From positions 104 to 64,103 of the forward strand of contig JAFUEZ010000008.1 of NCBI GenBank assembly GCA_017470115.1: 64,000 nt of DNA, given 5' to 3'. A program made the position numbers and the translations under genes. Below, one piece after another: positions 62,475 through 64,000 of this stretch. The stretch's first letter is position 1. Each line of letters begins with the position of its first letter. The notes under the pieces were generated by a model. That model searched no databases and was not told the origin of the DNA. It worked only from the letters and a program-made list of their open reading frames with translations. The stretch is from Bacilli bacterium (GTDB taxonomy: Bacteria; Bacillota_I; Bacilli_A; RFN20; CAG-826).

Positions 62475-64000
62475 ATGGCAGAAATTAAAAAGTCAATGCT
62501 TAGTGTTGATGGTAATACAGCCGCTGCTTTAATGAGTTATAACTTTACAGAAGTTGCTGCTATTTTCCCAATTACTCCATCTTCACCAATGGCAAATTAT
62601 GTAGATATTTACTCCTCACAAGGAAAGAAAAACTTCTTTAACAGCACAGTTAAAGTTTGTGAAATGGAAAGTGAAGGCGGTGCTTCAGGTGCATTACATG
62701 GTGCATTAAGTGCAGGTGCTTTCTCAACAACTTATACTGCATCACAAGGTTTATTATTAATGATTCCTAACATCTACAAATGGTGTGGTGAATTATTACC
62801 AGCAGTTATGCACGTATCAGCAAGAAGTTTAGCAACAAGATCATTATCAATTTTTGGTGATCACCAAGATGTTTATTCAATTAGACAAAGTGGTATCGCA
62901 ATGATTTGTTCAGATTCAGTTCAAGAAGTTGCAGATTTAGCTTCAGTTGCTCATTTAGTTGCTATCGATGCTGAATATCCAGTATGTCATTTCTTTGATG
63001 GTTTCAGAACTTCACACGAAATTCAAAACGTTGAATTTATTGCTGATGAAGAATGGAAGAAATTTGTTCCATGGGATAAAGTTAAAAAATTCAAAGAAAG
63101 AGCACTCAATCCACATGGACACGCAGTCACAAAAGGTGGTGCTGAAAACGATGATATCTACTTCCAAGGTAGAGAAGCTCAAAACGCTCATTTTAATAAC
63201 GTCTTACCAGTTGCTGAAAAATATTTTAAAGTTGCAAGTGAATTAACTGGTAGAGAATATGCTCCATTTGTCTATCATGGTGCAAAAGATGCTACAAAAG
63301 TTATCGTTGCTATGGGTAGTGTCAATGAAACAGCTTTAGAAGTTGTTGACGACTTAGTCGCTAAAGGCGAAAAAGTTGGTATGATTAGAGTCCATTTATT
63401 TAGACCATTCTCATCAAAACATTTTGTCGCAGCAATTCCTGAAACATGTAAAGAACTTTGTGTTTTAGATAGATCAAAAGAATTAGGTAGTGTCGGTGAA
63501 GCACTTTATGAAGATGTTTGTGCAGCACTTAACCTCGAAGGTAAAAAAGACCTTAAAGTTATCGGTGGAAGATATGGTTTATCTTCAAAAGATACTCAAC
63601 CAAAACACATTAAATCAGTCTTTGATTTCATGTTAAGTGGAAAAGAACATCACAATTTCTCAGTCGGAATTGAAGATGATGTTACATTCCTTTCAATCCC
63701 AGTTGATGATGAATATGAAGTCAAACAAAATTACACATCATGCTTATTCTATGGTTTAGGTAGTGATGGTACAGTCGGTGCAAATAAATCATCAGTTAAA
63801 ATTATTGGTGATGCTACACATCAATATGCTCAAGCATATTTTGCATATGACTCAAGAAAATCAGGTGGTGTCACAAGAAGCCACTTAAGATTTGGTAAAG
63901 AACCAATTCACTCAACATATTATGTTGAACACGCATCATTTATTTCATGTTCACTTGATACATATCTTTTCAAATTTGATATGTTAAAGAACTTAAGTAA
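62475..64000 (+). CDS. nifJ: Pyruvate:ferredoxin (flavodoxin) oxidoreductase, 3'-partial (continues beyond window)
   Basis: An ATG at 62475 is preceded by AAGGAG. MAEIKKSMLSVDGNTAAALMSYNFTEVAAIFPITPSSPMA is the PFOR N-terminus. The frame is open to the end of the window, so this gene is absent from the ORF track. Confidence 0.85.
   Translation, partial: MAEIKKSMLSVDGNTAAALMSYNFTEVAAIFPITPSSPMANYVDIYSSQGKKNFFNSTVKVCEMESEGGASGALHGALSAGAFSTTYTASQGLLLMIPNIYKWCGELLPAVMHVSARSLATRSLSIFGDHQDVYSIRQSGIAMICSDSVQEVADLASVAHLVAIDAEYPVCHFFDGFRTSHEIQNVEFIADEEWKKFVPWDKVKKFKERALNPHGHAVTKGGAENDDIYFQGREAQNAHFNNVLPVAEKYFKVASELTGREYAPFVYHGAKDATKVIVAMGSVNETALEVVDDLVAKGEKVGMIRVHLFRPFSSKHFVAAIPETCKELCVLDRSKELGSVGEALYEDVCAALNLEGKKDLKVIGGRYGLSSKDTQPKHIKSVFDFMLSGKEHHNFSVGIEDDVTFLSIPVDDEYEVKQNYTSCLFYGLGSDGTVGANKSSVKIIGDATHQYAQAYFAYDSRKSGGVTRSHLRFGKEPIHSTYYVEHASFISCSLDTYLFKFDMLKNLS

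Noticed and set aside
1-64000. CRISPR arrays, rRNA genes, IS elements or prophage genes
   Set aside because: A scan for regularly spaced direct repeats with unique spacers found none. No transposase, integrase or phage structural motifs appear in any frame. The tandem and direct repeats seen at 10219-10272 and 15431-15446 are coding or simple.

Overview
Low-GC (~30%) sequence that uses the standard genetic code. It carries many lipoproteins with an L-x-x-C lipobox, a BMP-family nucleoside ABC uptake system, a PPi-type phosphofructokinase and a pyruvate:ferredoxin oxidoreductase. This points to an Acholeplasma-like Mollicute or a related wall-less or low-GC Firmicute, but that is inference only. 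Gene density is high and almost all genes are on the + strand. In order, the window contains: (i) a CUT1/LplABC-type sugar ABC transporter (long MalK-like ATPase, LacI regulator, two permeases, large lipoprotein binding protein). It is followed by an IUNH-family nucleoside hydrolase, an 843-aa secreted triple-repeat protein, three paralogous beta-propeller-like lipoproteins, a YesL/DUF624-like membrane protein and a ribokinase. (ii) Two paralogous surface cassettes, each of the form LRR lipoprotein, intrinsic terminator, domain-permuted GH3 with a C-terminal transmembrane anchor, small polytopic membrane protein. Each cassette is divergently paired with a LytTR regulator: one aspartate-less orphan and one canonical AgrC/AgrA-like histidine kinase plus response regulator pair. 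A CX5R phosphatase lipoprotein lies between the cassettes. (iii) A GNAT pseudogene, a PlsC-like acyltransferase, a TetR regulator with small membrane proteins, and a Bmp/NupABC-like nucleoside transporter ending in a CAT-family acetyltransferase. (iv) A threonine aldolase, an alpha/beta hydrolase, rmlC, and an AraC plus GH2 plus uxuA-uxuB-uxaC-eda-kdgK glucuronide/hexuronate locus. (v) rmuC, a PPi-PFK, rmlB, galE and a P-loop kinase. (vi) tRNA-Gln(CUG) followed by a Fic toxin with a DinJ-fused antitoxin, a long structured intergenic region, two large surface lipoproteins (a Big_2 beta-helix adhesin-like protein and a Cys/His-rich protein), and the 5' part of a PFOR gene. A ~27-nt motif recurs in intergenic regions. 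There are no CRISPR arrays, rRNA genes, integrases or transposases.
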